Positions 18,231 to 28,075 of a stretch of 64,000 bases of DNA are shown here, piece by piece. The first letter of the stretch is position 1; each line of letters begins with the position of its first letter. This stretch comes from Micrococcales bacterium (GTDB lineage: Bacteria; Actinomycetota; Actinomycetes; Actinomycetales; Microbacteriaceae). The notes under the pieces were generated by a model. It was not told the origin of the DNA. It was given only the letters and a program-made list of their open reading frames with translations, and did not search any database. The position numbers and the translations under genes are program-made. The stretch is taken from the NCBI GenBank assembly GCA_947452235.1, contig CANGBK010000004.1, forward strand, positions 7,368 to 71,367. Reading direction: 5' to 3'.

Positions 18231-20909
18231 TTAGCCAACCAAACTTCTCAACACATACTGCAAGATTCCACCGTGACGGTAGTAGTCAGCTTCACCTGGT
18301 GTATCAATACGAAGTGCAACATCGAAACTGATCTCTTGCTTTCCTGCAGCAGAGTGCTCGGAAGGCTTAGCTATGACTTTTAGGGTCTTTGGAGTTGAAC
18401 CATTGTTCAGTTCAGTAACACCAGCAATGCTAATGATTTCAGTTCCATCCAGCCCTAGTGAAGATGCGGTCTGTCCAGGTAGGTACTGAAGCGGAAGAAC
18501 ACCCATACCGATTAGGTTGCTGCGGTGAATACGCTCAAAGCTCTCAGCTATAACGGCCTTAACACCTAGAAGCGCAGTGCCCTTAGCGGCCCAGTCACGT
18601 GATGAACCTGAACCATACTCTTTACCAGCAAGAATCACTAGCGGAACATGATTGCTCTGGTAGTTCTGTGAAGCATCGTAGATAAAACTCTGTGGCCCCC
18701 CAGCTTCTGTGAAGTCTCTGGTGTATCCACCTTCAACATCGTTCAGTAACTGGTTGCGAAGACGAATGTTTGCAAAGGTTCCACGAATCATTACTTCATG
18801 GTTACCTCTTCTAGAACCGTATGAATTGAAGTCAACTCGAGAAACTCCATGCTCGGTCAGGTACTTACCTGCTGGTGAGTCAGCCTTGATTGAACCAGCA
18901 GGACTGATGTGATCTGTTGTAACAGAATCACCAAGACGAGCTAGAACTCTTGCATCAGCGATGTCACTAACTGGCTTTGGGTTCATGGTCATGCCATCGA
19001 AATACGGTGGTTTTCTAACGTAAGTGCTCTTCGCATCCCAGCTGAAGGTAGCTCCGGTTGGAGTTGGAATTTCCTTCCAACGTGCGTCACCTTCAAAAAC
19101 GCCAGCGTACTGAGACTTGAACATGTCTGAGTTGATGGTGCTATCGATGGTCTTCTGAACTTCATCTGGGGTTGGCCAAATATCTCTCAGGAACACATCC
19201 TTACCCGCATTATCCTGACCAAGAGCTTCAGTTTCGAAATCGAAGTTCATCGTTCCAGCAAGAGCGTAAGCAACTACTAGTGGCGGTGAAGCTAAATAGT
19301 TCATCTTGATGTCCGGATTGATTCGACCTTCAAAGTTTCGGTTACCTGAAAGAACAGCTGTAACAGCCAAATCGTTCTCGTTTACTGTTTGAGAAATATG
19401 TGGGTCTAGCGGTCCTGAGTTTCCAATACAGGTAGTACAGCCATAACCAACTAGATCAAAGCCAAGAGAGTTTAGATCTTCGGTCAGACCCGCTTTGTCG
19501 AAGTACTCTGTAACGACTTTAGAACCTGGTGCCAAAGAAGTCTTAACCCAAGGTTTACTCTTCAGGCCCTTGGCTGCAGCCTTACGCGCCAACAAACCAG
19601 CAGCCATCATTACAGATGGGTTGGAAGTGTTAGTACATGAAGTAATTGAGGCAATCGCAACGTAACCGTTGTCGATTGAATAATCAGCACCTTCAACTTG
19701 TGCTGGCTTTGAGCTAGCTGTTGAGTAAGTAGCAATGTCTTTTTGATACTGAGCCTTCGAGTCAGTTAACTCAATGCGGTCCTGTGGGCGCTTTGGACCA
19801 GCAATTGAAGGAACAACTGTGGAAAGATCTAGTTCCAAGTATTCGCTGTATTTAGCTTCGTTGCTTGGGTCATGCCACAAACCCTGAGTCTTTGAATACT
19901 CTTCAACCAAGGCAATAGATTCTTCTGAACGACCAGTAGATCTCAAGTAGTCAATCGTTACTTCATCGATTGGGAAGATAGCCACTGTTGAACCAAACTC
20001 TGGTGACATGTTTCCGATAGTTGCACGGTTAGCTAGGGGAACTGATGAAACTCCAGCTCCGTAGAACTCAACGAACTTGCCAACCACACCGTGCTTGCGA
20101 AGCATTTCAGTGATTGTTAGAACGACGTCAGTAGCAGTAGCGCCGGTAGGTATAGACCCAACAAGTTTGAAACCAACAACCTTAGGAATCAACATTGAAA
20201 CCGGTTGACCAAGCATCGCAGCCTCGGCTTCGATGCCACCTACACCCCAACCCAAGACACCCAAACCATTAACCATGGTGGTGTGAGAGTCGGTACCAAC
20301 ACATGAATCTGGGTATGCAGTTAGAACACCGTTCACTTCACGAGTCATAACAGTTCTCGCTAGGTACTCGATGTTTACTTGGTGCACAATTCCTGTGCCA
20401 GGAGGAACAACCTTGAAGTCGTTAAATGCTCCTTGACCCCAACGAAGGAACTGGTAACGCTCGCCGTTACGTTCATATTCGTAAGCCACATTCTGTTCAA
20501 AAGCTTCAGGAGTTCCAGCAACATCAATTACAACTGAGTGATCGATAACCAATTCAGCTGGAGCTAGAGGATTAACTTTCTTTGGATCTCCACCTAGAGC
20601 AGAAACTGCTTCACGCATAGTCGCTAGGTCAACGATGCATGGAACACCAGTGAAGTCCTGCATGATTACACGAGCTGGAGTGAACTGAATCTCTGTGTCT
20701 GGTTCAGCCGAAGGATTCCAGTTGGCGATTGCTTCAATTTGGCTGGAAGTTACGTTAGCGCCATCTTCGGTACGAAGAAGGTTTTCCAAAAGAATCTTTA
20801 GGCTGTATGGCAGCTGGTTCTTGAGAACCTTATCTAGACGATAAATACGGTAGCTCTTGCCACCAACTGTTAGATCTGAACCTGCACCGAAGCTGTCAAT
20901 TTTAGACAA
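18231..20909 (-). CDS. acnA: Aconitate hydratase AcnA
   Basis: 892 aa with Fe-S cluster ligand motifs ([19 protein letters not shown]) and a swivel domain. TTG start with AGGAG 6 nt upstream. Confidence 0.95.
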   Translation of the reverse strand: MSKIDSFGAGSDLTVGGKSYRIYRLDKVLKNQLPYSLKILLENLLRTEDGANVTSSQIEAIANWNPSAEPDTEIQFTPARVIMQDFTGVPCIVDLATMREAVSALGGDPKKVNPLAPAELVIDHSVVIDVAGTPEAFEQNVAYEYERNGERYQFLRWGQGAFNDFKVVPPGTGIVHQVNIEYLARTVMTREVNGVLTAYPDSCVGTDSHTTMVNGLGVLGWGVGGIEAEAAMLGQPVSMLIPKVVGFKLVGSIPTGATATDVVLTITEMLRKHGVVGKFVEFYGAGVSSVPLANRATIGNMSPEFGSTVAIFPIDEVTIDYLRSTGRSEESIALVEEYSKTQGLWHDPSNEAKYSEYLELDLSTVVPSIAGPKRPQDRIELTDSKAQYQKDIATYSTASSKPAQVEGADYSIDNGYVAIASITSCTNTSNPSVMMAAGLLARKAAAKGLKSKPWVKTSLAPGSKVVTEYFDKAGLTEDLNSLGFDLVGYGCTTCIGNSGPLDPHISQTVNENDLAVTAVLSGNRNFEGRINPDIKMNYLASPPLVVAYALAGTMNFDFETEALGQDNAGKDVFLRDIWPTPDEVQKTIDSTINSDMFKSQYAGVFEGDARWKEIPTPTGATFSWDAKSTYVRKPPYFDGMTMNPKPVSDIADARVLARLGDSVTTDHISPAGSIKADSPAGKYLTEHGVSRVDFNSYGSRRGNHEVMIRGTFANIRLRNQLLNDVEGGYTRDFTEAGGPQSFIYDASQNYQSNHVPLVILAGKEYGSGSSRDWAAKGTALLGVKAVIAESFERIHRSNLIGMGVLPLQYLPGQTASSLGLDGTEIISIAGVTELNNGSTPKTLKVIAKPSEHSAAGKQEISFDVALRIDTPGEADYYRHGGILQYVLRSLVG

Positions 20910-20937
20910 GTGGCTCTCCTAGCCGTGAAAAAAAGTC

Positions 20938-21615
20938 TTACTCGTCCAAAATACCATCAGTTTCGGTACTTATTACCTTCCGCAACAAACGCCAAGACAG
21001 CCAAATCATTGATAGATAAAACGGCAGCCCTAGAACTAACTTCACAAAGCCCAAGGCAACGATATCCCCCAGTAAATACAGGGGTAATTCAATCGCTAAC
21101 CGTGTTGCGAACAGTCCAACCCACATCAAAGTAACCAAATCGAAAAATCTAACTTTCCTGCGGTCCTTACGCCAAGTGACGCCTTGGCTAGTAAGTAAAC
21201 CAACGATTAGCCCAATCAACGGCCAACGTACGATCACGCTCAAAAGAAGCGCTGATCCGTAAGCGCCATTGATCCAGAAGTCTTTGAGATAGAAATCACC
21301 GGCCTGGCCACCAGGTCTAAGCGTCAGGTAAATAGCCAAACCAATACCAACAAGTGAGCCAAGAAGCTGGGTTGCCGGTCGTTTTAGCAGAAAATGACGA
21401 ATTGAAAGAGCAATGACTGCTATCCCAACAACAGATACTGAAATGGTCACAGACCGACTGAAGGCGAAAGTAAGAACGTAAAGAAAGCTTGGAAGGGTTG
21501 ATTCGATCAGACCCTGGACTCCACCCACGCTTTTGAGAAGCGATGCAGCGTTGACTTGGTAACCATCGTCACCTTTAGTAACCCCGTACTTCCCTAAACC
21601 CTTTGGATCAGTCAA
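20938..21615 (-). CDS. DUF3159 domain-containing membrane protein
   Basis: Multi-TM 225-aa protein in the conserved actinobacterial position upstream of DUF3710-dut. Family assignment is from memory of synteny and sequence pattern. Confidence 0.6.
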   Translation of the reverse strand: MTDPKGLGKYGVTKGDDGYQVNAASLLKSVGGVQGLIESTLPSFLYVLTFAFSRSVTISVSVVGIAVIALSIRHFLLKRPATQLLGSLVGIGLAIYLTLRPGGQAGDFYLKDFWINGAYGSALLLSVIVRWPLIGLIVGLLTSQGVTWRKDRRKVRFFDLVTLMWVGLFATRLAIELPLYLLGDIVALGFVKLVLGLPFYLSMIWLSWRLLRKVISTETDGILDE

Positions 21616-22159
21616 GAGAACCCTTAGGAACTATGGCTCCCGCTGGAAGTTCTAAAGGGAGAAGTTCTCTTGGTGGAAGTGGAGTTTCACCCCTATGAAC
21701 AACAATGCCTCGGAACAGGTCTTCAAGGAAAGTTCTAGATTCAAGATCGGTGATAGCAGCGCCAGCAATAGTTCCTCGAAGCAACCATCTATCTCCATTG
21801 AATGCAAACATGCGAACTCTCGATGACCCTTCAGGCAGCTCTGCTAAGAGCTCCATTCCGAATGGTCCAACCTGGTTCTCAACTGCAATGCCTTGACCTG
21901 TAAGACTCGTCGTAATGTCTTCGAGCACTTCTTCCCAGATAGAAATTCCTTTAGGGCTTGAGAAAGCTTGAACTTGTAAGCTGCTGTCTTTGTAATCGAA
22001 AGCAATTGCGATCATCTTTCCAGAAGATTGTTCAACTTCTGCTCTAACCGTTACTAGTGGATTCGGGGAGAAAGAAATCGAACCGAAGTTAGCCACCTCT
22101 AGAGGCGCATTTAGATCACTTGAGTCAAATGGTCCTGAAGTATTTATTAACTTGTCCAT
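21608..22159 (-). CDS. DUF3710 domain-containing protein
   Basis: 183 aa, immediately downstream of dut and overlapping the next gene by 8 nt, as for Rv2696c-like proteins (from memory). Confidence 0.6.
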   Translation of the reverse strand: MDKLINTSGPFDSSDLNAPLEVANFGSISFSPNPLVTVRAEVEQSSGKMIAIAFDYKDSSLQVQAFSSPKGISIWEEVLEDITTSLTGQGIAVENQVGPFGMELLAELPEGSSRVRMFAFNGDRWLLRGTIAGAAITDLESRTFLEDLFRGIVVHRGETPLPPRELLPLELPAGAIVPKGSLD

Positions 22160-22161
22160 TA

Positions 22162-22596
22162 CTACTTCACCCCAGTCGAACCAAAGCCACCATCGCCACG
22201 TTGAGATCCCGGCAAGTCTGTTACTTCGATAAAGTTCGCTGTCTCATACTTTTGGAAAACCAACTGTGCAATACGGTCACCTCTCTTGATTTCAAAATCA
22301 ATATCAGAATGATTGATGAGAGTTACTGCTACTTCCCCTCTGTATCCAGAATCAACAGTGCCAGGAGCATTCAACACTGTGATGCCATTCTTGGCAGCCA
22401 GCCCACTTCGTGGATGAACTAACCCGACGATGCCTTGGGGCATTGCTATCTTCACGCTTGTTGGAACAAGCGCTCGCTGATGGGCAACCAAGGTTAGATC
22501 TATTGCAGAGCGTAGGTCGTATCCAGCATCGCCTGGATTACCCATGGTTGGCTTTAGATCATCATCACAGATGATTAGTACTTCGATAGCTGTCAT
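22162..22596 (-). CDS. dut: dUTP diphosphatase
   Basis: GDAGYDL, PRSGLA, GTVDSGYRGE, RIAQLV and the C-terminal GGFGSTG motif. Confidence 0.95.
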   Translation of the reverse strand: MTAIEVLIICDDDLKPTMGNPGDAGYDLRSAIDLTLVAHQRALVPTSVKIAMPQGIVGLVHPRSGLAAKNGITVLNAPGTVDSGYRGEVAVTLINHSDIDFEIKRGDRIAQLVFQKYETANFIEVTDLPGSQRGDGGFGSTGVK

Positions 22597-22613
22597 GGTC
22601 GTATTCTAAATGT

Positions 22614-23060
22614 ATGAGTAACTCTTCAACGATTCCGCCATACAGAGAACGGGTACTACCTGGGCTTACCTACTTCGCATCAACTCTTGTTGTGCCAATA
22701 ATTTCATTCTTAGTTTCGTTGCCCTTTGGCGAAATTCTTGCCTACTTGGTAGCTGCCGGAACCGAGATAACCATCATTGCCTTAGGTGTTGTAAACGCTC
22801 CAGTAATTGCAATTGATGGAAAAACACTTCGGGTAGGTAAAGCCAACATCAACTTAGATTTGGTTAGCTCGGCTCAAGTAATTGAACCTACGGACGCTTT
22901 CGTCGAGCGAGGACGAGGATTGAGCCCTTTAGCCTATGTTCGATTCCAATTTGGGGTAAAGGGTTTAGTGAAAATCACCCTTAATGATCCGAAAGATCCA
23001 ACACCTTATTGGCTAGTTTCAACCAGAAACCCGCAACTAATAGCTAAGCGAATTAGCTAG
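22614..23060 (+). CDS. DUF3093 domain-containing membrane protein
   Basis: Two N-terminal TM helices followed by a PH-like tail. It has the conserved position divergent from dut (Rv2698-like, from memory). Confidence 0.6.
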   Translation: MSNSSTIPPYRERVLPGLTYFASTLVVPIISFLVSLPFGEILAYLVAAGTEITIIALGVVNAPVIAIDGKTLRVGKANINLDLVSSAQVIEPTDAFVERGRGLSPLAYVRFQFGVKGLVKITLNDPKDPTPYWLVSTRNPQLIAKRIS

Positions 23061-23340
23061 CGCAGTCCACACAAACAGGACCGTACTTACCGTCCTTCTT
23101 AGCTCTCTGTGAGTGGTGCTTCACAATGAAGCACTCGCTGCAAGTGAATTCATCTTGCTGCTTAGGAACAACAATCACATCGTCAGTCTCAGTGATTTCT
23201 GGCAGTGTGTTTGAGTCAAAGTGGTCTTCAGCATCCACGTCGCTTGCGACAGAACTTACCTCAGGACCGCGTTCTTTTAGAACCTCGATCGACTCGGTAT
23301 CGTCATCATTTTTGCGTGGTGCATCGTAATCGGTAGCCAA
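23053..23340 (-). CDS. DUF4193 domain-containing protein
   Basis: MATDYDAPRKNDDD acidic N-terminus and a C-terminal DEFTCSECFIVKHHSQ...CVDCA zinc-ribbon-like motif, characteristic of DUF4193. Confidence 0.8.
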   Translation of the reverse strand: MATDYDAPRKNDDDTESIEVLKERGPEVSSVASDVDAEDHFDSNTLPEITETDDVIVVPKQQDEFTCSECFIVKHHSQRAKKDGKYGPVCVDCAS

Positions 23341-23423
23341 TTACTTTCCTTTCAAGAAACTTCCTAGGCGCAGAGAGTATGTTCCATACAAACCGAAAAA
23401 GCAACTACATTAACCCCCATTTA

Positions 23424-23451
23424 TTGACTTTTCCCTGTCATCTCTCAGTAT
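23424..23451 (+). promoter_or_regulatory. Candidate sigma-70-type promoter for sepH
   Basis: TTGACT (23424-23429), a 16-nt spacer, then CAGTAT (23446-23451), about 78 nt upstream of the sepH ATG. Pattern match only. Confidence 0.3.
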
Positions 23452-23528
23452 TGGCGTGTCGCGGCACGGACAAATCAACCGACTATTGGGCCTATGTGGT
23501 GCCAAACTACTAGGCAGAAGGGATTACC

Positions 23529-24500
23529 ATGGCTGATTTACGAGTTACCGGTGTGTCAAACAACCATCTTGAGTTGCAAGCTCCGGATGGCGCGAAACAC
23601 ACCCTGGCTATTTCAGAAGATCTTCTAAAAGCTTTGAAGACACGTGAAGTTAGTCTTCCTCAATCAGTAACGCCAAGAGACATTCAACAATTGGTTCGAC
23701 TTGGCGCAAGTGTTGATGAAGTAGTTGCCAAAACAGGTGCAGATATTGAACTTGTTGCTAGATTCGCAAAACCGATCATCGCTGAACTAAACCACATCGT
23801 TAATCTTGCCCGCAATGTTCGTCTAAGTCTTGCTGGTGATCGCTTTGCGGATAACAACCCAATTGAGTTCGGAGTTGTTATGGATGAGCGTCTAGCAAAT
23901 AACGGAGCTAGAAATGTTTCCTGGTCTTCACAGAAAACTAATGAAGGTGAATGGCTTGTATCTGTTGCATTCGAAACCTCTTCTGGTCAAGGGGTAGCAA
24001 CTTGGGCTTTCGATCCTAAGCAACTTTTCTTAGCGCCAGAGAACGAAGCCGCGCTGCAACTTTCTAACGGCGGACCAGTAGCTGTTTCTCAAAGACACAC
24101 CCCATCGCCCAGCCACCCGGTGATGGCTGAAGAACGAATTGAAATCGTTGAAGTCAAACCGATCACAGCAAACCTAACAGTTGTTCCTGAACCAGTAAAC
24201 ACAATTATCGAGCCGGAATACTTCGAAGAAGAAGATGAAGAGCTTCCCGCTCCAGCTCAGCTTAGGGTTATCTCCGATGAAGGACCAGAGACACCAGTCA
24301 CCGATTTTGTTGAAGTAATTGAAATCGTTGAAGAAGTAGTCATTCCTGCAACTGAGCAAGTTGAGCTTGTCGAAGAATTGGTTGAAGTCATTGAAGTTGT
24401 TGAAGATGTAGAAGATCAAACTCCGCAAGCTAAACCGCAGGCTTCAAGTGGTTGGGCTGAAGTTCTTTTCGGTTCAAGAGATGACGAAGAAGAAAACTAA
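23529..24500 (+). CDS. sepH: Septation protein SepH (DUF3071)
   Basis: The N-terminal domain MADLRVTGVSNNHLELQAPDGAKHTL...TPRDIQQLVRLGASVDEV matches the DUF3071/SepH helix-turn-helix region. It has an acidic E/V-rich C-terminus. Conserved neighbour of DUF4193. Confidence 0.8.
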   Translation: MADLRVTGVSNNHLELQAPDGAKHTLAISEDLLKALKTREVSLPQSVTPRDIQQLVRLGASVDEVVAKTGADIELVARFAKPIIAELNHIVNLARNVRLSLAGDRFADNNPIEFGVVMDERLANNGARNVSWSSQKTNEGEWLVSVAFETSSGQGVATWAFDPKQLFLAPENEAALQLSNGGPVAVSQRHTPSPSHPVMAEERIEIVEVKPITANLTVVPEPVNTIIEPEYFEEEDEELPAPAQLRVISDEGPETPVTDFVEVIEIVEEVVIPATEQVELVEELVEVIEVVEDVEDQTPQAKPQASSGWAEVLFGSRDDEEEN

Positions 24501-25615
24501 AAACCTAACCTAATCAAGGGTATGGAGAGCTCTTCACTAGTAATAGACCCATGGTGACCAATCATGTTTAGGGACTTTACTTTCGCGAACCCTCTATGGA
24601 ATAGAGCAACGTTACGTTTGGCAAGCAAAACAAGATCAGGCAAGAACCTCTTCTGGATTTCTGTCTCCGTCCAATAGCCAGATTCAATCAGTTGCGCTGA
24701 CGTTGTGATGTAACAATCGTGAGAGTAGTTTTTGATCAGTATCTCTGTAACTGCCTCTACGTTATCTTTGCAATAGAGGAACAGACCTCTTGTATCTCCC
24801 CCAACAAATTCAAAACAATCTTTCGCCAGAACTTCATCAATGTATCTATGGTTTTCTTTTGGAACATCAATGACACCGTGATCGGCTGTGATTAGTAGTC
24901 CAGTATCTTTTGGAAGCATTGCTACGAAGTTTGAGATGTATCCATCTAAGTCTTCAATTGCGTTCAACCACTTCGTGCTTTCAGAGCCAAACCCATGAGC
25001 TATTTGGTCTAGCTCTGGAACGTAAAGGTATACAACTCTGGAGCTACTCTGTCTCAGCAATTCAGCTGCCTTGGTGAATCGAGCAGCGACATCATTGACT
25101 CCATGAAAACTTGAGCCGCGCATTGTTGCGGAAGTAAAACCAGAGTCACGGTAAATTTCAGGCGAAACAACATCAAAGAAGATTCCAGCCTCAACAGAAG
25201 TCTCCGAGATTGTTCTTTGAGCTTGAATCTTTATCGCCTGCTCTTTTGATTCCCAACCAGAGAGTAAATTCAGGGACGTTTTTGTGTCTCTATTGAAAAC
25301 CTGGTAACCGATGAAACCTGTTTCACTTGGACTCAAGCCCGTTGCCAGGGAGGTCAAACTGGTTGAAGTGGTTGACGGGTAGAAAGAACTAATCTTGTCG
25401 GCTTTTAGCGAATTCAAGTATCTTGCGTGACCACCGGCACTACTCAAGTTTGAGCTCCCAAGGCCATCAACCAGAAGAACACACACAGAGCGTCGCTTTG
25501 GTAGTTGAAGCGGGTTATTGAGCCCCTGAGCGCTAGCCAAGGCGCTTATCAACACATCGCCAAGCCTCCCCAAGGTTTTAGGAGGTGAAGGTAGCATCGT
25601 AGACATTGGAATCAT
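24497..25615 (-). CDS. Alkaline phosphatase superfamily protein (nucleotide pyrophosphatase/phosphodiesterase-like)
   Basis: Metal-ligand motifs LLVDGLGS, ITADHGV and MIGHHGS, typical of the type I phosphodiesterase/AlkP family. Confidence 0.75.
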   Translation of the reverse strand: MIPMSTMLPSPPKTLGRLGDVLISALASAQGLNNPLQLPKRRSVCVLLVDGLGSSNLSSAGGHARYLNSLKADKISSFYPSTTSTSLTSLATGLSPSETGFIGYQVFNRDTKTSLNLLSGWESKEQAIKIQAQRTISETSVEAGIFFDVVSPEIYRDSGFTSATMRGSSFHGVNDVAARFTKAAELLRQSSSRVVYLYVPELDQIAHGFGSESTKWLNAIEDLDGYISNFVAMLPKDTGLLITADHGVIDVPKENHRYIDEVLAKDCFEFVGGDTRGLFLYCKDNVEAVTEILIKNYSHDCYITTSAQLIESGYWTETEIQKRFLPDLVLLAKRNVALFHRGFAKVKSLNMIGHHGSITSEELSIPLIRLGF

Positions 25616-25648
25616 TCTGCCACAGCAAACGAAACCTTTAGAAAGCCC

Positions 25649-28075
25649 ATGACAGATAACAAGAGTTCAAACCGGTTCCCCGACGAACGCATCACCGATA
25701 TTGACCTAACCAAGGAACTCAGTGACTCCTTCCTTGAGTATTCATACTCAGTGATCTATGCCCGAGCCCTTCCAGATGCTCGCGATGGTTTGAAGCCTGT
25801 CCACAGAAGAATCATTTTCCAAATGGGTGAAATGGGCCTAAGACCTGATCGCGGTCACGTGAAATCAGCACGTGTGAGCGGTGAGGTTATGGGTAAATTA
25901 CACCCTCACGGTGATGGTGCTATCTATGACGCAATGGTTCGCATGGCCCAACCATTCACCCTACGTGTTCCCCTAATTGATGGCCACGGTAACTTTGGCT
26001 CCCTCGATGATGGACCAGCGGCAGCTCGTTATACCGAAACACGTCTTGCTCCTGCTGCGCTCCTGATGAACGAGAGTTTGGATGAGGACGTGGTTGATTT
26101 CAAGCCAAACTACGACGCTCAACTGTCTGAGCCTGAAGTTCTTCCAGCTGCTTTCCCAAATCTCCTAGTCAACGGAGCCTCTGGAATTGCTGTTGGTATG
26201 GCAACTAACATGGCTCCACACAACATGCGTGAAGTTATTGCTGCTGCTATCGCACTTCTGAACAACACCAAGCTCACTTCTGAAGACCTTATGGAATACA
26301 TTCCAGGTCCGGATCTTCCAACCGGTGGTGTCATCATCGGTACCGAAGGTATTCGTGAGGCTTACACAACCGGTCGTGGTTCTTTCAAGACCCGCGCGAG
26401 AGTAAGTATCGAGAGCGTGTCGCCTAGAAAGCTTGCTCTAGTTATTACTGAACTTCCATACCTAGTTGGACCAGAGCGTGTTATTGAGAAAATCAAAGAT
26501 GGTGTCAACAATAAAAAGCTTCAAGGTATCTCAGATGTCATTGATCTAACTGACAGAAACAACGGGCTGAAACTAGTCATTGAACTAAAGACTGGCTTCG
26601 ATCCAAACGCAGTTCTTGAGCTTTTGTATCGCTTCACACCAATTGAAGAATCATTCAGCATCAACAACGTAGCTCTTGTTGAGGGACGTCCAGAGACTCT
26701 TGATTTAAGGGACCTGCTAGGTGTTTATTTAGCTCACAGAATCGTGGTCACCAAGCGCCGTAGCGAAAATCGGTTGGGCAAGAAGCAGGCAAGACTGCAT
26801 CTTGTTGAAGGTTTGCTTAAAGCAATTGTCAGCATCGATGAAGTGATAAAAATCATTCGTGCAGCAAACGAAGTTGATGACGCACGTAAGAAGCTGATGA
26901 GCAAGTTCACACTCTCAGAACTTCAAGCAGAATACATCTTGGAACTTAAACTGCGCAGACTAACTAAGTTCTCGAAGTTAGAACTTGAAGCAGAAAACAA
27001 AGAGCTCCTCAAGGAAATCGCTGATCTAAAGAAAATTCTTGGTAGCGAGAAAGTTCTTAGAGATCTGGTCACTAAAGAACTTCAAGAAGTTTCTGACAAA
27101 TACGGCGACGACAGAAGAACGAGCATCTCAGATGGTGTTGTTGAACTAAAGCCAGTTAGCGCAGCTAAGGCAGCCGCTATGGACGCTCAACTAGCAGACT
27201 CCCCTTGTTTTATTGTCCTGACGGCAAGCGGTCAAGTTCAGAGAACCCTAACGGAGCCTGCGCCACTGGCCAAACGCAAAAAACACGATGCAATCAAGAC
27301 CGTTATTTCTAGTTCAACCAGAACAGAAGTTGGCTTCCTAACATCTGATGGTGTCATGCACAGACTCCACGCCTCAGATATTCCGGCAAGTGATGAAGGA
27401 TTCGACGCTGCAACAAGTGTCAACATCGCTGAGTTCTTAGGTGTCAACAAACAGACAAAGGTTTTAGGACTATTTGAACTCAAGGATGAAACAGTCATCG
27501 CTATGGGAACCAAGCAGGGTGTTGTTAAACGTCTCTCCGGTGATTTCCCACCTAAGCCAACCTTCGAAGTTATTTCACTAAAGGCAGGCGACGAACTGAT
27601 TGGGGCTACATCTTCAGGCGAAGACGATGAGCTCATCTTCATTACAGATGATGCTCAACTACTGCGATTCGAGGCAAGTCTGGTTCGACCTTTAGGTCGT
27701 GGAGCTGCTGGTATGGCGGGTATAAAGCTTTCCGATGGAGCCAAGGCAATTTTCTTTGCTTCCGTGCCAGTTGATAAGAAGACAGTTGTTCTAACTGCCG
27801 CAAACAATAGCGAGTCGCTAGGTGCTGTTGATGCTGGTAGCGCAAAGATCTCAAGCATTGATGAGTTCCCAGGTAAGGGTCGTGCAACTGGCGGTGTTAG
27901 AGCACACAAGTTCATTCGCGATGAGAACCAGCTTTATTTCGCTTACGTAGGTCAGCAACCAATCTTGGGAAGCGCTTCAGCCGGTAAGGCTCTTGAGCTA
28001 CCTGAGAAGTTGGCTAAACGCGATGCCTCCGGAGCACCTTTGTCATCAACAATAGTTTCAGCTGGAAGAGCCTAA
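25649..28075 (+). CDS. parC: Type IIA DNA topoisomerase subunit A (topoisomerase IV ParC-like)
   Basis: RDGLKPVHRR, HPHGD, AAARYTE (catalytic Tyr) and a C-terminal beta-pinwheel region. It is convergent with the B subunit and near rpoD, as in Streptomyces parE/parC (from memory). It is not at a dnaA-gyrBA locus. Confidence 0.88.
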   Translation: MTDNKSSNRFPDERITDIDLTKELSDSFLEYSYSVIYARALPDARDGLKPVHRRIIFQMGEMGLRPDRGHVKSARVSGEVMGKLHPHGDGAIYDAMVRMAQPFTLRVPLIDGHGNFGSLDDGPAAARYTETRLAPAALLMNESLDEDVVDFKPNYDAQLSEPEVLPAAFPNLLVNGASGIAVGMATNMAPHNMREVIAAAIALLNNTKLTSEDLMEYIPGPDLPTGGVIIGTEGIREAYTTGRGSFKTRARVSIESVSPRKLALVITELPYLVGPERVIEKIKDGVNNKKLQGISDVIDLTDRNNGLKLVIELKTGFDPNAVLELLYRFTPIEESFSINNVALVEGRPETLDLRDLLGVYLAHRIVVTKRRSENRLGKKQARLHLVEGLLKAIVSIDEVIKIIRAANEVDDARKKLMSKFTLSELQAEYILELKLRRLTKFSKLELEAENKELLKEIADLKKILGSEKVLRDLVTKELQEVSDKYGDDRRTSISDGVVELKPVSAAKAAAMDAQLADSPCFIVLTASGQVQRTLTEPAPLAKRKKHDAIKTVISSSTRTEVGFLTSDGVMHRLHASDIPASDEGFDAATSVNIAEFLGVNKQTKVLGLFELKDETVIAMGTKQGVVKRLSGDFPPKPTFEVISLKAGDELIGATSSGEDDELIFITDDAQLLRFEASLVRPLGRGAAGMAGIKLSDGAKAIFFASVPVDKKTVVLTAANNSESLGAVDAGSAKISSIDEFPGKGRATGGVRAHKFIRDENQLYFAYVGQQPILGSASAGKALELPEKLAKRDASGAPLSSTIVSAGRA

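Noticed and set aside
27238-27915. Several minus-strand ORFs (134, 81 and 86 aa) inside parC
   Set aside because: They are antisense to a strongly supported topoisomerase subunit A gene, and there are no independent signals.
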